Shown: positions 15,937 to 23,775 of the stretch, in pieces
Layout: every line of letters starts with the position of its first letter
Position numbering within the stretch: the stretch's first letter is position 1
From: Escherichia coli
GTDB lineage: Bacteria; Pseudomonadota; Gammaproteobacteria; Enterobacterales; Enterobacteriaceae
DNA: 32,000 nucleotides
Assembly (NCBI RefSeq): GCF_015291785.1
Contig: NZ_CP031706.1
Direction: 5' to 3' (one strand)
Made by a program: the position numbers and the translations under genes
The notes under the pieces: generated by a model
Databases searched by the model: none
Told to the model about the DNA's origin: nothing
What the model saw: the letters and a program-made list of their open reading frames with translations, nothing else

Positions 15937-17835
15937 ATGAGTCAAAACGATATCATTATCAGAACTCATTATAAGTCTCCTCATAGATTGCACATCGATA
16001 GCGACATACCAACACCTTCATCAGAGCCTATTAATAAATTTGCGCGCCAGTTCATCACCCTACTTGATACCTCTGACTTAAGTTCGATGCTGTCATACTG
16101 TGTTATTCAGGAATTTACCGCAAACTGTCGAAAAATATCACAAAATTGTTATTCCACTGCCCTTTTTACCATTAACTTTGCCACTTCACCCATCCATGCA
16201 GAAAATATACTCATTACATTACACTATAAAAAAGATTTCATTTCCTTATTACTGGAAACCACGCCTATTAAAGCTAACCATTTGCGAAGCATACTGGATT
16301 ATATTGAACAGGAACAGTTAACTGCTGAAGATCGTAACCATTGTATGAAACTGTCTAAAAAAATCCATAGAGAAAAAACTATACACCCAACAGTAAATCT
16401 CAATGGTAGTGCATGTTTTTTGCAATCTCCTTCTGACGCTATTTTTTGTCGCCATCTGTCATTGCAATACGCCCTTGATTCATTGAGAAATGGAAAAGGC
16501 AAAGTCAACCTGATTAAACATTACTCCTCCGTTGAATCCATACAGCAGCATGTCCCCTTAGTCCGGGACGCGGAGTTCAGAGCATTACTTCGCCATCCTC
16601 CTGCAGGGAGTCGCGTTATCGCGAGTAAGGATTTTGGCTTCGCTTTAGATATTTTCTTTTGTCGAATGATGGCAAACAATGTCAGTCATATGTCCGCGAT
16701 TTTATATATAGACAATCATACTTTGTCAGTAAGGCTACGAATAAAGCAGTCAGTGTATGGACAATTAAACTATGTTGTGTCCGTTTACGACCCGAACGAT
16801 ACCAACGTTGCCGTCAGAGACACCCACAGGACAGCACGGGGCTTTCTTTCGCTTGATAAGTTCATCAGTTCAGGTCCCGATGCTCAGACCTGGGCTGATA
16901 GATATGTTCGCAACTGTGCAATTGCTATTCTGCCCCTATTACCTGTGGGAGTTCCAGGGGCTATTTTCGCGGGTATTGCATCACGAATGCCATTTGCCCC
17001 TATACATCCATCGGCAATGTTGTTAATAATGGCTACAGGCCAGACTCAACAGCTTATTACATTATTCAAACAGTTGCCCATACTCCCTGAAAAAGAAATC
17101 ATTGAAATAATAACTGCGCAGAATAGCGTTGGTACACCTGCTTTATTTTTGGCTATGATGAACGGACATACTGACAACGTGAAAATATTTATGCAAGAAA
17201 TTCAGTCACTGGTAGATAATCACATCATTCATGAAGATAATCTGGTTAAATTACTGCAAACTAAAAGTGCTAACGAAACACCTGGACTTTATATCTCCAT
17301 GTTGTATGGATTCGATGAAATAATCGATATCTTTCTGAATGCATTAACCACTCCAATAGCACAAGAGCTTTTAAACAAAAAACTGGTGATGAGTATTTTA
17401 GCCATGAAAATACATGATGGTGAGCCAGGATTATACGCCGCAATGGAAAATAATCACCCTTTGTGTGTCACACGGTTCCTCTCTAAAATTAATGGCATCG
17501 CCTTTAAATACAAGTTGAGCAAAGCTAACATCATGGATTTATTAAAAGGAGCTACAGCACAGGGAACCCCTGCATTATACATCGCCATGAGCAAGGGTAA
17601 TGAAGACGTCGTGTTATCTTATATATCGACGCTGGGTGCTTTTGCAAAAAAACATTCTTTTAGTCAACATCAGTTATTTACACTATTGGCCGCTAAAAAT
17701 CATGACAACATGTCAGCTGTTCATATAGCCATTCATCATAAGCATTATAAAACTGTAGAAACATATTATGCTGCTATAAATGTCATCAGCCAAAGCCTGA
17801 GTTTTAGTGCTGATGAAATAAAGACGTATTTATAA
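15937..17835 (+). CDS. arpB: Ankyrin-repeat protein B type ORF, uninterrupted (unknown N-terminal domain plus 5 ANK-like repeats)
   Basis: A 632-aa ORF with no frameshift or stop. The C-terminal half holds repeated G-TPAL(Y/F)-AM-xGH-xxV motifs. The gene is AT-rich. Its position between thrS and yniD matches the arpB locus of E. coli. Confidence 0.85.
   Translation: MSQNDIIIRTHYKSPHRLHIDSDIPTPSSEPINKFARQFITLLDTSDLSSMLSYCVIQEFTANCRKISQNCYSTALFTINFATSPIHAENILITLHYKKDFISLLLETTPIKANHLRSILDYIEQEQLTAEDRNHCMKLSKKIHREKTIHPTVNLNGSACFLQSPSDAIFCRHLSLQYALDSLRNGKGKVNLIKHYSSVESIQQHVPLVRDAEFRALLRHPPAGSRVIASKDFGFALDIFFCRMMANNVSHMSAILYIDNHTLSVRLRIKQSVYGQLNYVVSVYDPNDTNVAVRDTHRTARGFLSLDKFISSGPDAQTWADRYVRNCAIAILPLLPVGVPGAIFAGIASRMPFAPIHPSAMLLIMATGQTQQLITLFKQLPILPEKEIIEIITAQNSVGTPALFLAMMNGHTDNVKIFMQEIQSLVDNHIIHEDNLVKLLQTKSANETPGLYISMLYGFDEIIDIFLNALTTPIAQELLNKKLVMSILAMKIHDGEPGLYAAMENNHPLCVTRFLSKINGIAFKYKLSKANIMDLLKGATAQGTPALYIAMSKGNEDVVLSYISTLGAFAKKHSFSQHQLFTLLAAKNHDNMSAVHIAIHHKHYKTVETYYAAINVISQSLSFSADEIKTYL
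17131..17832 (+). repeat. Five tandem ankyrin-like protein repeats with exact 48-codon (144-nt) spacing inside arpB
   Basis: The motif cores are GTPALFLAM (aa 399), ETPGLYISM (447), GEPGLYAAM (495), GTPALYIAM (543) and NMSAVHIAI (591). Each start is exactly 48 residues after the previous one. Confidence 0.7.
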
Positions 17836-18006
17836 CCAGCTATTTACGATATATATCGATACATAATTTTATTTTTTTCATAAAACGCAGAAACAGTGAC
17901 CATGTGCACAACGCCACCCGACGGCTGTAATAACAAAAAATCCCTTGATGCCTGTCCCTTTTGTTACACTCCGTTATCACGCACAAGAGATATGCAGGAC
18001 ACTGGT

Positions 18007-18114
18007 ATGCCGACTAAACGCTTTGATAAAAAACACTGGAAGATGGTGGTGGTGCTACTGGCAATCTGTGGCGCTATGTTGTTGCTACGTTGGGCAGCAA
18101 TGATTTGGGGCTGA
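18007..18114 (+). CDS. yniD: Small membrane protein (35 aa)
   Basis: The ATG at 18007 gives MPTKRFDKKHWKMVVVLLAICGAMLLLRWAAMIWG, with a single hydrophobic helix. The 72-aa track ORF starts at an upstream GTG and is probably an over-extension. Confidence 0.7.
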   Translation: MPTKRFDKKHWKMVVVLLAICGAMLLLRWAAMIWG

Positions 18115-18133
18115 GCAGTGACAAACGAAGACA

Positions 18134-18158
18134 GCCAGACCGCATAACACGGTCCGGC
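18134..18158. terminator. Shared hairpin between convergent yniD and ydiY
   Basis: A 9-bp stem, gccagaccg / cggtccggc (one G-T wobble), has a 7-nt loop. There is moderately T-rich sequence downstream on both strands. Confidence 0.5.
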
Positions 18159-18166
18159 AGATAATT

Positions 18167-18925
18167 TTACATGCTGTAGCCCAGCGATAAGGTTGTCCGA
18201 CGATCGGTATGTTCCGGTGCAGACTCTGGAGGTTCAGAGTTCCATGTGACGTTGTAAGCCACTTTCAGTCCAAAATGTTCATTAATAGCAACATTTAATG
18301 CGCTTTCGGAGTTCAGCGTTGTGTCTTCCGCGCCAAAGACGGAAACACCCTGCGTAAATTTAGCGTTGTCAGTCAACTGCCATGCATAAGCACCGGAGGC
18401 ATAGCCCAGCGGCTGAGTTTCACTGGCATTGTCGGTATATTTGTCGTAACGCACACCTGGACCGAATTCAAAGCGGAAACTGTGTACCGGGCCATTCAAA
18501 AACTGACGACCATAACCCGCGGTCAACACATCGCGCTCTCGATAGCCGTTATAACGGTCTGTCAGCCAGCTTGCCTGACCAAATAAATAGTCATAATCAG
18601 TTAAATTAAAACGGCTACGCCCGCCCGCCGCATATTTTTCTGAAGAACGCTCATCATTAGAAGAAGTATTACTGGCGTTCCCCCACAGCGACCAGGCAGT
18701 GGTTTGTCCATACCAGGTCATGGTGGTGTCAGCCGTAAGTGAGGAGCTTTTCGTATTGCCTGATTGTGCAAGATATCCTGCGTTCAGATTACCTTCGAAA
18801 GGTTTTTTAGCGCTGGCAGGATCGTCCATGACAGTAAAAACGGAATCATCGGCAGCTGCATTCAGTGACGCAAACATGCCCCCCGCCAACATAACGATGG
18901 CAGGAACTGTCTTCAAAAGCTTCAT
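18167..18925 (-). CDS. ydiY: DUF481-family outer-membrane beta-barrel protein
   Basis: A 252-aa ORF with the signal peptide MKLLKTVPAIVMLAGGMFASLNAAA and alternating aromatic/polar beta-strand patterning. I recognise it as YdiY. Confidence 0.88.
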   Translation of the reverse strand: MKLLKTVPAIVMLAGGMFASLNAAADDSVFTVMDDPASAKKPFEGNLNAGYLAQSGNTKSSSLTADTTMTWYGQTTAWSLWGNASNTSSNDERSSEKYAAGGRSRFNLTDYDYLFGQASWLTDRYNGYRERDVLTAGYGRQFLNGPVHSFRFEFGPGVRYDKYTDNASETQPLGYASGAYAWQLTDNAKFTQGVSVFGAEDTTLNSESALNVAINEHFGLKVAYNVTWNSEPPESAPEHTDRRTTLSLGYSM

Positions 18926-19167
18926 TTATCAAGAGTCCGTACAACAAAAAAAGAGACCATCGCGGTCCCGGAAACTTTCTTAAGGATCAAAGATTAGCGT
19001 CCCTGGAAAGGTAACGAATTATAAAAAGGCGCGAATAACTTAGCAATGTATTCTTATTTCATTTTTTGAATAAGCATGTGGCGAAAACAGATTTTTATTT
19101 ATATATATTTATCTGCAAAATTTTAAATAAAGCTCTAATAAATCATATTGTTAATTTCTTCACTTTC

Positions 19168-19197
19168 GGCTGATTCGGTGCCAGACTGAAATCAGCC
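19168..19197 (+). promoter_or_regulatory. Hairpin directly upstream of the pfkB Shine-Dalgarno
   Basis: A perfect 8-bp stem, ggctgatt (19168-19175) / aatcagcc (19190-19197), with further pairing possible in the 14-nt loop. It ends 3 nt before AGGAGG (19201-19206). Its function is unknown. Confidence 0.3.
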
Positions 19198-19211
19198 TAC
19201 AGGAGGAAATG

Positions 19212-20141
19212 ATGGTACGTATCTATACGTTGACACTTGCGCCCTCTCTCGATAGCGCAACAATTACCCCGCAAATTTATCCCGAAGGAAAACTGCGCTG
19301 TACCGCACCGGTGTTCGAACCCGGGGGCGGCGGCATCAACGTCGCCCGCGCCATTGCCCATCTTGGAGGCAGTGCCACAGCGATCTTCCCGGCGGGTGGC
19401 GCGACCGGCGAACACCTGGTTTCTCTGTTGGCGGATGAAAATGTCCCCGTCGCAACTGTAGAAGCCAAAGACTGGACCCGGCAGAATTTACACGTACATG
19501 TGGAAGCAAGCGGTGAGCAGTATCGTTTTGTTATGCCAGGCGCGGCATTAAATGAAGATGAGTTTCGCCAGCTTGAAGAGCAAGTTCTGGAAATTGAATC
19601 CGGGGCCATCCTGGTCATAAGCGGAAGCCTGCCGCCAGGTGTGAAGCTGGAAAAATTAACCCAACTGATTTCCGCTGCGCAAAACCAAGGGATCCGCTGC
19701 ATCATCGACAGTTCTGGCGAAGCGTTAAGTGCAGCACTGGCGATTGGTAACATCGAGTTGGTTAAGCCTAACCAAAAAGAACTCAGTGCGCTGGTGAATC
19801 GCGAACTCACCCAGCCAGACGATGTCCGCAAAGCCGCGCAGGAAATCGTTAATAGCGGCAAGGCCAAACGGGTTGTCGTTTCCCTTGGTCCACAAGGAGC
19901 GCTGGGTGTTGATAGTGAAAACTGCATTCAGGTGGTGCCACCACCGGTGAAAAGCCAGAGTACCGTTGGCGCTGGTGACAGCATGGTCGGCGCGATGACA
20001 CTGAAACTGGCAGAAAATGCCTCTCTTGAAGAGATGGTCCGTTTTGGCGTAGCTGCGGGGAGTGCAGCCACACTCAATCAGGGAACACGTCTGTGCTCCC
20101 ATGACGATACGCAAAAAATTTACGCTTACCTTTCCCGCTAA
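19212..20141 (+). CDS. pfkB: 6-phosphofructokinase II (PfkB/ribokinase family)
   Basis: A 309-aa product, MVRIYTLTLAPSLD, from the second of two adjacent ATGs. It has the ribokinase-family motifs GGGGINVA and GAGDSMVGA. Confidence 0.95.
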   Translation: MVRIYTLTLAPSLDSATITPQIYPEGKLRCTAPVFEPGGGGINVARAIAHLGGSATAIFPAGGATGEHLVSLLADENVPVATVEAKDWTRQNLHVHVEASGEQYRFVMPGAALNEDEFRQLEEQVLEIESGAILVISGSLPPGVKLEKLTQLISAAQNQGIRCIIDSSGEALSAALAIGNIELVKPNQKELSALVNRELTQPDDVRKAAQEIVNSGKAKRVVVSLGPQGALGVDSENCIQVVPPPVKSQSTVGAGDSMVGAMTLKLAENASLEEMVRFGVAAGSAATLNQGTRLCSHDDTQKIYAYLSR

Positions 20142-20148
20142 CAAAAAC

Positions 20149-20170
20149 ATTCCCCCAGCATTGGGGGAAT
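20149..20170 (+). terminator. Hairpin after pfkB (no T tract)
   Basis: An 8-bp stem, attccccc / gggggaat, with a 6-nt loop, 8 nt after the pfkB stop. It is followed by caccacc rather than a U tract, so intrinsic termination is uncertain. Confidence 0.3.
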
Positions 20171-20241
20171 CACCACCAACCTGTCGGCAACGCGTTTCTC
20201 CGACTATGCTCAAAAGTCATGTGATAACAAAGGGGTGAACT

Positions 20242-20532
20242 ATGGCCAGTGGCGATCTTGTCCGTTATGTCATAACCATCATGTTGCATGAGGATACATT
20301 GACTGAAATTAACGAGTTGAATAATTACCTGACTCGCGACGGTTTTTTGCTCACCATGACGGATGATGAGGGAAATATCCATGAGCTGGGGACTAACACT
20401 TTTGGACTTATCAGTACCCAAAGTGAAGAAGAAATTAGAGAACTGGTTTCGGGGCTTACCCAAAGTGCAACCGGCAAAGATCCTGAAATCACCATCACGA
20501 CCTGGGAGGAATGGAATAGCAACAGAAAATAA
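20242..20532 (+). CDS. ydiZ: Small acidic protein of unknown function (DUF2622 type)
   Basis: A 96-aa ORF with the SD-like aaagggg upstream. I recognise it as YdiZ by sequence and position. Confidence 0.8.
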   Translation: MASGDLVRYVITIMLHEDTLTEINELNNYLTRDGFLLTMTDDEGNIHELGTNTFGLISTQSEEEIRELVSGLTQSATGKDPEITITTWEEWNSNRK

Positions 20533-20637
20533 ATGGTTTTTGGGCAATAATCAGTCTGTGGTGTGCGTTAGCTCGTGTTTTTACACCGCATTCTTGCGCT
20601 AACCTTATGATCTGGCAGACAACATGGGAGAGACATC

Positions 20638-21498
20638 ATGTGGCAGGCAATCAGTCGTCTTTTGAGCGAGCAGTTAGGTGAAGGCGAAATCGAACTGCGT
20701 AATGAACTGCCTGGCGGAGAAGTCCATGCCGCATGGCATTTGCGCTATGCAGGACATGACTTTTTCGTCAAATGTGATGAAAGGGAACTGCTTCCCGGTT
20801 TTACCGCCGAAGCCGACCAACTGGAGTTACTGTCGCGTAGTAAAACCGTCACCGTGCCTAAGGTTTGGGCAGTAGGCGCTGACCGTGACTACAGTTTTCT
20901 GGTGATGGATTATCTCCCACCTCGTCCGCTGGATGCGCATAGCGCATTTATTCTTGGTCAGCAAATTGCGCGTTTACATCAATGGAGTGACCAACCACAA
21001 TTTGGCCTCGATTTTGATAACTCGCTCTCCACAACTCCACAGCCCAACACCTGGCAACGTCGCTGGTCAACGTTTTTTGCTGAACAACGGATTGGCTGGC
21101 AGTTGGAACTGGCAGCAGAGAAAGGGATCGCTTTCGGCAATATCGACGCCATCGTCGAGCATATTCAGCAGCGTCTGGCCTCGCATCAACCGCAGCCTTC
21201 TCTGTTGCACGGCGATTTATGGTCCGGCAACTGTGCGCTGGGTCCGGATGGCCCGTACATTTTCGACCCTGCCTGCTACTGGGGTGACCGAGAGTGCGAC
21301 CTGGCGATGTTACCGCTGCATACTGAACAGCCGCCACAAATCTATGACGGCTATCAGTCAGTATCCCCGCTACCTGCCGATTTCCTTGAACGTCAACCGG
21401 TTTACCAACTCTACACGCTGTTAAATCGTGCAAGATTATTTGGCGGTCAGCATTTGGTTATTGCTCAGCAGTCATTGGATAGATTATTAGCAGCATGA
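20638..21498 (+). CDS. yniA: Fructosamine/ketosamine-3-kinase family protein
   Basis: A 286-aa ORF with the kinase-like catalytic motif LLHGDLWSGN and a later FDPA element typical of the fructosamine-kinase / aminoglycoside-phosphotransferase fold. Confidence 0.88.
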   Translation: MWQAISRLLSEQLGEGEIELRNELPGGEVHAAWHLRYAGHDFFVKCDERELLPGFTAEADQLELLSRSKTVTVPKVWAVGADRDYSFLVMDYLPPRPLDAHSAFILGQQIARLHQWSDQPQFGLDFDNSLSTTPQPNTWQRRWSTFFAEQRIGWQLELAAEKGIAFGNIDAIVEHIQQRLASHQPQPSLLHGDLWSGNCALGPDGPYIFDPACYWGDRECDLAMLPLHTEQPPQIYDGYQSVSPLPADFLERQPVYQLYTLLNRARLFGGQHLVIAQQSLDRLLAA

Positions 21499-21516
21499 TA
21501 TGGGTTGAGGATAATG

Positions 21517-21538
21517 GCCGCTCCGTGCGGCCTTTTGA
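21517..21538 (+). terminator. Intrinsic terminator after yniA
   Basis: The stem ggccgc (21517-21522) / gcggcc (21528-21533) has a 5-nt loop and is followed by ttttg. It abuts the yniB stop on the other strand. Confidence 0.65.
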
Positions 21539-22075
21539 TTAAATAAACCCAAGCAGAGAAAAGAACACATAACCTGCAGCAATACAAATAACCGGCAGGA
21601 TATATAGTGAGAAAAACTGCAGGAAAATAGTATGGTGCGGAACAACAATACGGGACTCAATTTGTTCACGCGTTAGCCCCTCTTCCCCTTTGGCTTTTTC
21701 CAGAATGAGTTGATCTTCAACACCTTCCCGCAAGAAGCGCGCCTGGCGACTCATCCGGGCACCGGAATCCTGCAACGCCAGTCCGACAAAAATCAGGATG
21801 AAAATCACCCAGAACATAACGTTCACGCCACCATTAAAATTAGGGGTCGGGGAGTTATACCAGAACAGATTCAAAAAAGGCGTATTCGCCTGCATCATAT
21901 CGATCATGACATGAGTAAAGTCGAGCATGACCGCATTAATGCCTTCCTGGTTTTCCTGCCGGGTATTCATAAATTTCAGCAAAGAAATCAATGTAGAGAT
22001 CAATGCAGGTATAAAAATCACCCAACCCAAAATCCTTTTCAAAACAGCAATGCGTCCAGCTTGTTGATACGTCAT
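21539..22075 (-). CDS. yniB: Inner-membrane protein of unknown function
   Basis: A 178-aa ORF with several hydrophobic segments, recognised as YniB. Confidence 0.85.
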   Translation of the reverse strand: MTYQQAGRIAVLKRILGWVIFIPALISTLISLLKFMNTRQENQEGINAVMLDFTHVMIDMMQANTPFLNLFWYNSPTPNFNGGVNVMFWVIFILIFVGLALQDSGARMSRQARFLREGVEDQLILEKAKGEEGLTREQIESRIVVPHHTIFLQFFSLYILPVICIAAGYVFFSLLGFI

Positions 22076-22221
22076 GAGTTCTCCTTGATTAAGACGCGTC
22101 GTTTCACTTAGTTTACCTGTAGATATCTGTTTTCGCCCATTCTTTAAAGGCGATATGATAGGCGCTTAATCATAAGCACGGCTTAATACCTTACACATAA
22201 TGCTCTAAAGGAGAGGTTGTA

Positions 22222-22890
22222 ATGTCAACCCCGCGTCAGATTCTTGCTGCAATTTTTGATATGGATGGATTACTTATCGACTCAGAACCTTTATGGGATC
22301 GAGCCGAACTGGATGTGATGGCAAGCCTGGGGGTGGATATCTCCCGTCGTAACGAGCTGCCGGACACCTTAGGTTTACGCATCGATATGGTGGTCGATCT
22401 TTGGTACGCCCGGCAACCGTGGAATGGGCCAAGCCGTCAGGAAGTAGTAGAACGGGTTATTGCCCGTGCCATTTCACTGGTTGAAGAGACACGTCCATTA
22501 TTACCAGGCGTGCGCGAAGCCGTTGCGTTATGCAAAGAACAAGGTTTATTGGTGGGACTGGCCTCCGCGTCACCACTACATATGCTGGAAAAAGTGTTGA
22601 CCATGTTTGACTTACGCGACAGTTTCGATGCCCTCGCCTCGGCTGAAAAACTGCCTTACAGCAAGCCGCATCCGCAAGTATATCTCGACTGCGCAGCAAA
22701 ACTGGGCGTTGACCCACTGACCTGCGTAGCGCTGGAAGATTCAGTAAATGGCATGATCGCCTCTAAAGCAGCCCGCATGCGTTCCATTGTCGTTCCTGCG
22801 CCAGAAGCGCAAAATGATCCACGTTTTGTATTAGCAAACGTCAAACTCTCATCGCTGACAGAACTCACCGCAAAAGACCTTCTCGGTTAA
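22222..22890 (+). CDS. hxpB: HAD-superfamily hexitol/2-deoxyglucose-6-phosphate phosphatase
   Basis: A 222-aa ORF with HAD motif I, DMDGLLIDSE, near the N-terminus and a later EDSVNG motif. I recognise it as YniC/HxpB. Confidence 0.92.
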   Translation: MSTPRQILAAIFDMDGLLIDSEPLWDRAELDVMASLGVDISRRNELPDTLGLRIDMVVDLWYARQPWNGPSRQEVVERVIARAISLVEETRPLLPGVREAVALCKEQGLLVGLASASPLHMLEKVLTMFDLRDSFDALASAEKLPYSKPHPQVYLDCAAKLGVDPLTCVALEDSVNGMIASKAARMRSIVVPAPEAQNDPRFVLANVKLSSLTELTAKDLLG

Positions 22891-22893
22891 TGA

Positions 22894-22929
22894 CCAGGGG
22901 CAGTGATCTCGCTGCCCCTGGTTCTTTAT
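22894..22929 (+). terminator. Intrinsic terminator after hxpB
   Basis: A 10-bp perfect stem, ccaggggcag / ctgcccctgg, with an 8-nt loop, followed by ttctttatc. Confidence 0.65.
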
Positions 22930-23000
22930 CTGAATTTGCATTCAACTGACGGATTAATCGTCAATTTAAGAGAAAGAGTTACACCGTCACCACTTCCGTG

Positions 23001-23038
23001 CACTGTATAAAAATCCTATACTGTACGTATCGACAGTT
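23001..23038 (+). promoter_or_regulatory. Two adjacent LexA (SOS) boxes upstream of ydjM
   Basis: tactgtacgtatcgacagtt (23019-23038) has a perfect CTGT-N8-ACAG core. cactgtataaaaatcctata (23001-23020) keeps the CTGTAT half only. The two overlap by 2 nt, and the promoter-proximal box ends 14 nt before the ydjM ATG. Confidence 0.8.
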
Positions 23039-23052
23039 TAGTGAGTTTTATC

Positions 23053-23643
23053 ATGACGGCGGAAGGTCACCTTCTCTTTTCTATTGCTTGTGCGGTATTT
23101 GCCAAAAATGCCGAGCTGACGCCCGTGCTGGCACAGGGTGACTGGTGGCATATTGTCCCTTCCGCAATCCTGACGTGTTTGTTACCGGACATCGATCACC
23201 CAAAGTCGTTTCTTGGGCAGCGATTAAAATGGATATCAAAACCGATCGCCCGCGCTTTTGGGCATCGTGGTTTTACCCACAGTCTGCTGGCGGTATTTGC
23301 GCTGCTGGCAACCTTTTACCTTAAGGTTCCGGAAGGCTGGTTCATTCCGGCTGATGCGCTACAAGGAATGGTGCTGGGTTATTTGAGCCACATACTTGCC
23401 GATATGCTGACACCCGCCGGTGTTCCCCTGCTCTGGCCATGCCGCTGGCGTTTCCGCTTGCCTATCCTGGTTCCCCAAAAGGGCAACCAACTGGAACGTT
23501 TTATCTGCATGGCATTATTTGTCTGGTCGGTATGGATGCCCCATTCATTACCCGAGAACAGCGCTGTTCGTTGGTCATCGCAAATGATCAATACCTTGCA
23601 GATCCAGTTTCATCGGCTTATTAAGCATCAGGTTGAATACTAA
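23053..23643 (+). CDS. ydjM: LexA-regulated inner-membrane metal-dependent hydrolase-like protein
   Basis: A 196-aa product, MTAEGHLLFS, from the ATG at 23053. The track ORF starts 4 codons earlier at a GTG. It is a membrane protein with DH/HRGFTHS His-rich motifs. Confidence 0.88.
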   Translation: MTAEGHLLFSIACAVFAKNAELTPVLAQGDWWHIVPSAILTCLLPDIDHPKSFLGQRLKWISKPIARAFGHRGFTHSLLAVFALLATFYLKVPEGWFIPADALQGMVLGYLSHILADMLTPAGVPLLWPCRWRFRLPILVPQKGNQLERFICMALFVWSVWMPHSLPENSAVRWSSQMINTLQIQFHRLIKHQVEY

Positions 23644-23775
23644 AAAGACAAAAATCACCTTTCTGGAATAAGCAATTCCATTTGAATATAAGAGCCAGCT
23701 CACAGTTCTGTTAATCTTGCGCCAACACTATGACTGCTACGCAGTGATAGAAATAATAAGATCAGGAGAACGGGG

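Noticed and set aside
17846-17857. The perfect 12-bp palindrome cgatatatatcg just after the arpB stop.
   Set aside because: It is too short and too AT-rich to be a terminator or a confident protein-binding site. Alternating AT palindromes arise readily in AT-rich DNA. No partner repeat at the other end of the arpB patch would suggest a mobile-element boundary.
17896-18006. An N-terminal extension of yniD to 72 aa from an upstream GTG. The same issue applies to the extensions of pheS (331 aa), rpmI (70 aa), ydiE (72 aa), ydjM (200 aa) and pfkB (310 aa).
   Set aside because: The shorter products start at ATG codons with better spacing to purine-rich SD-like sequences, and they match the protein N-termini I recognise. 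The extensions arise because the ORF caller takes the first possible start.
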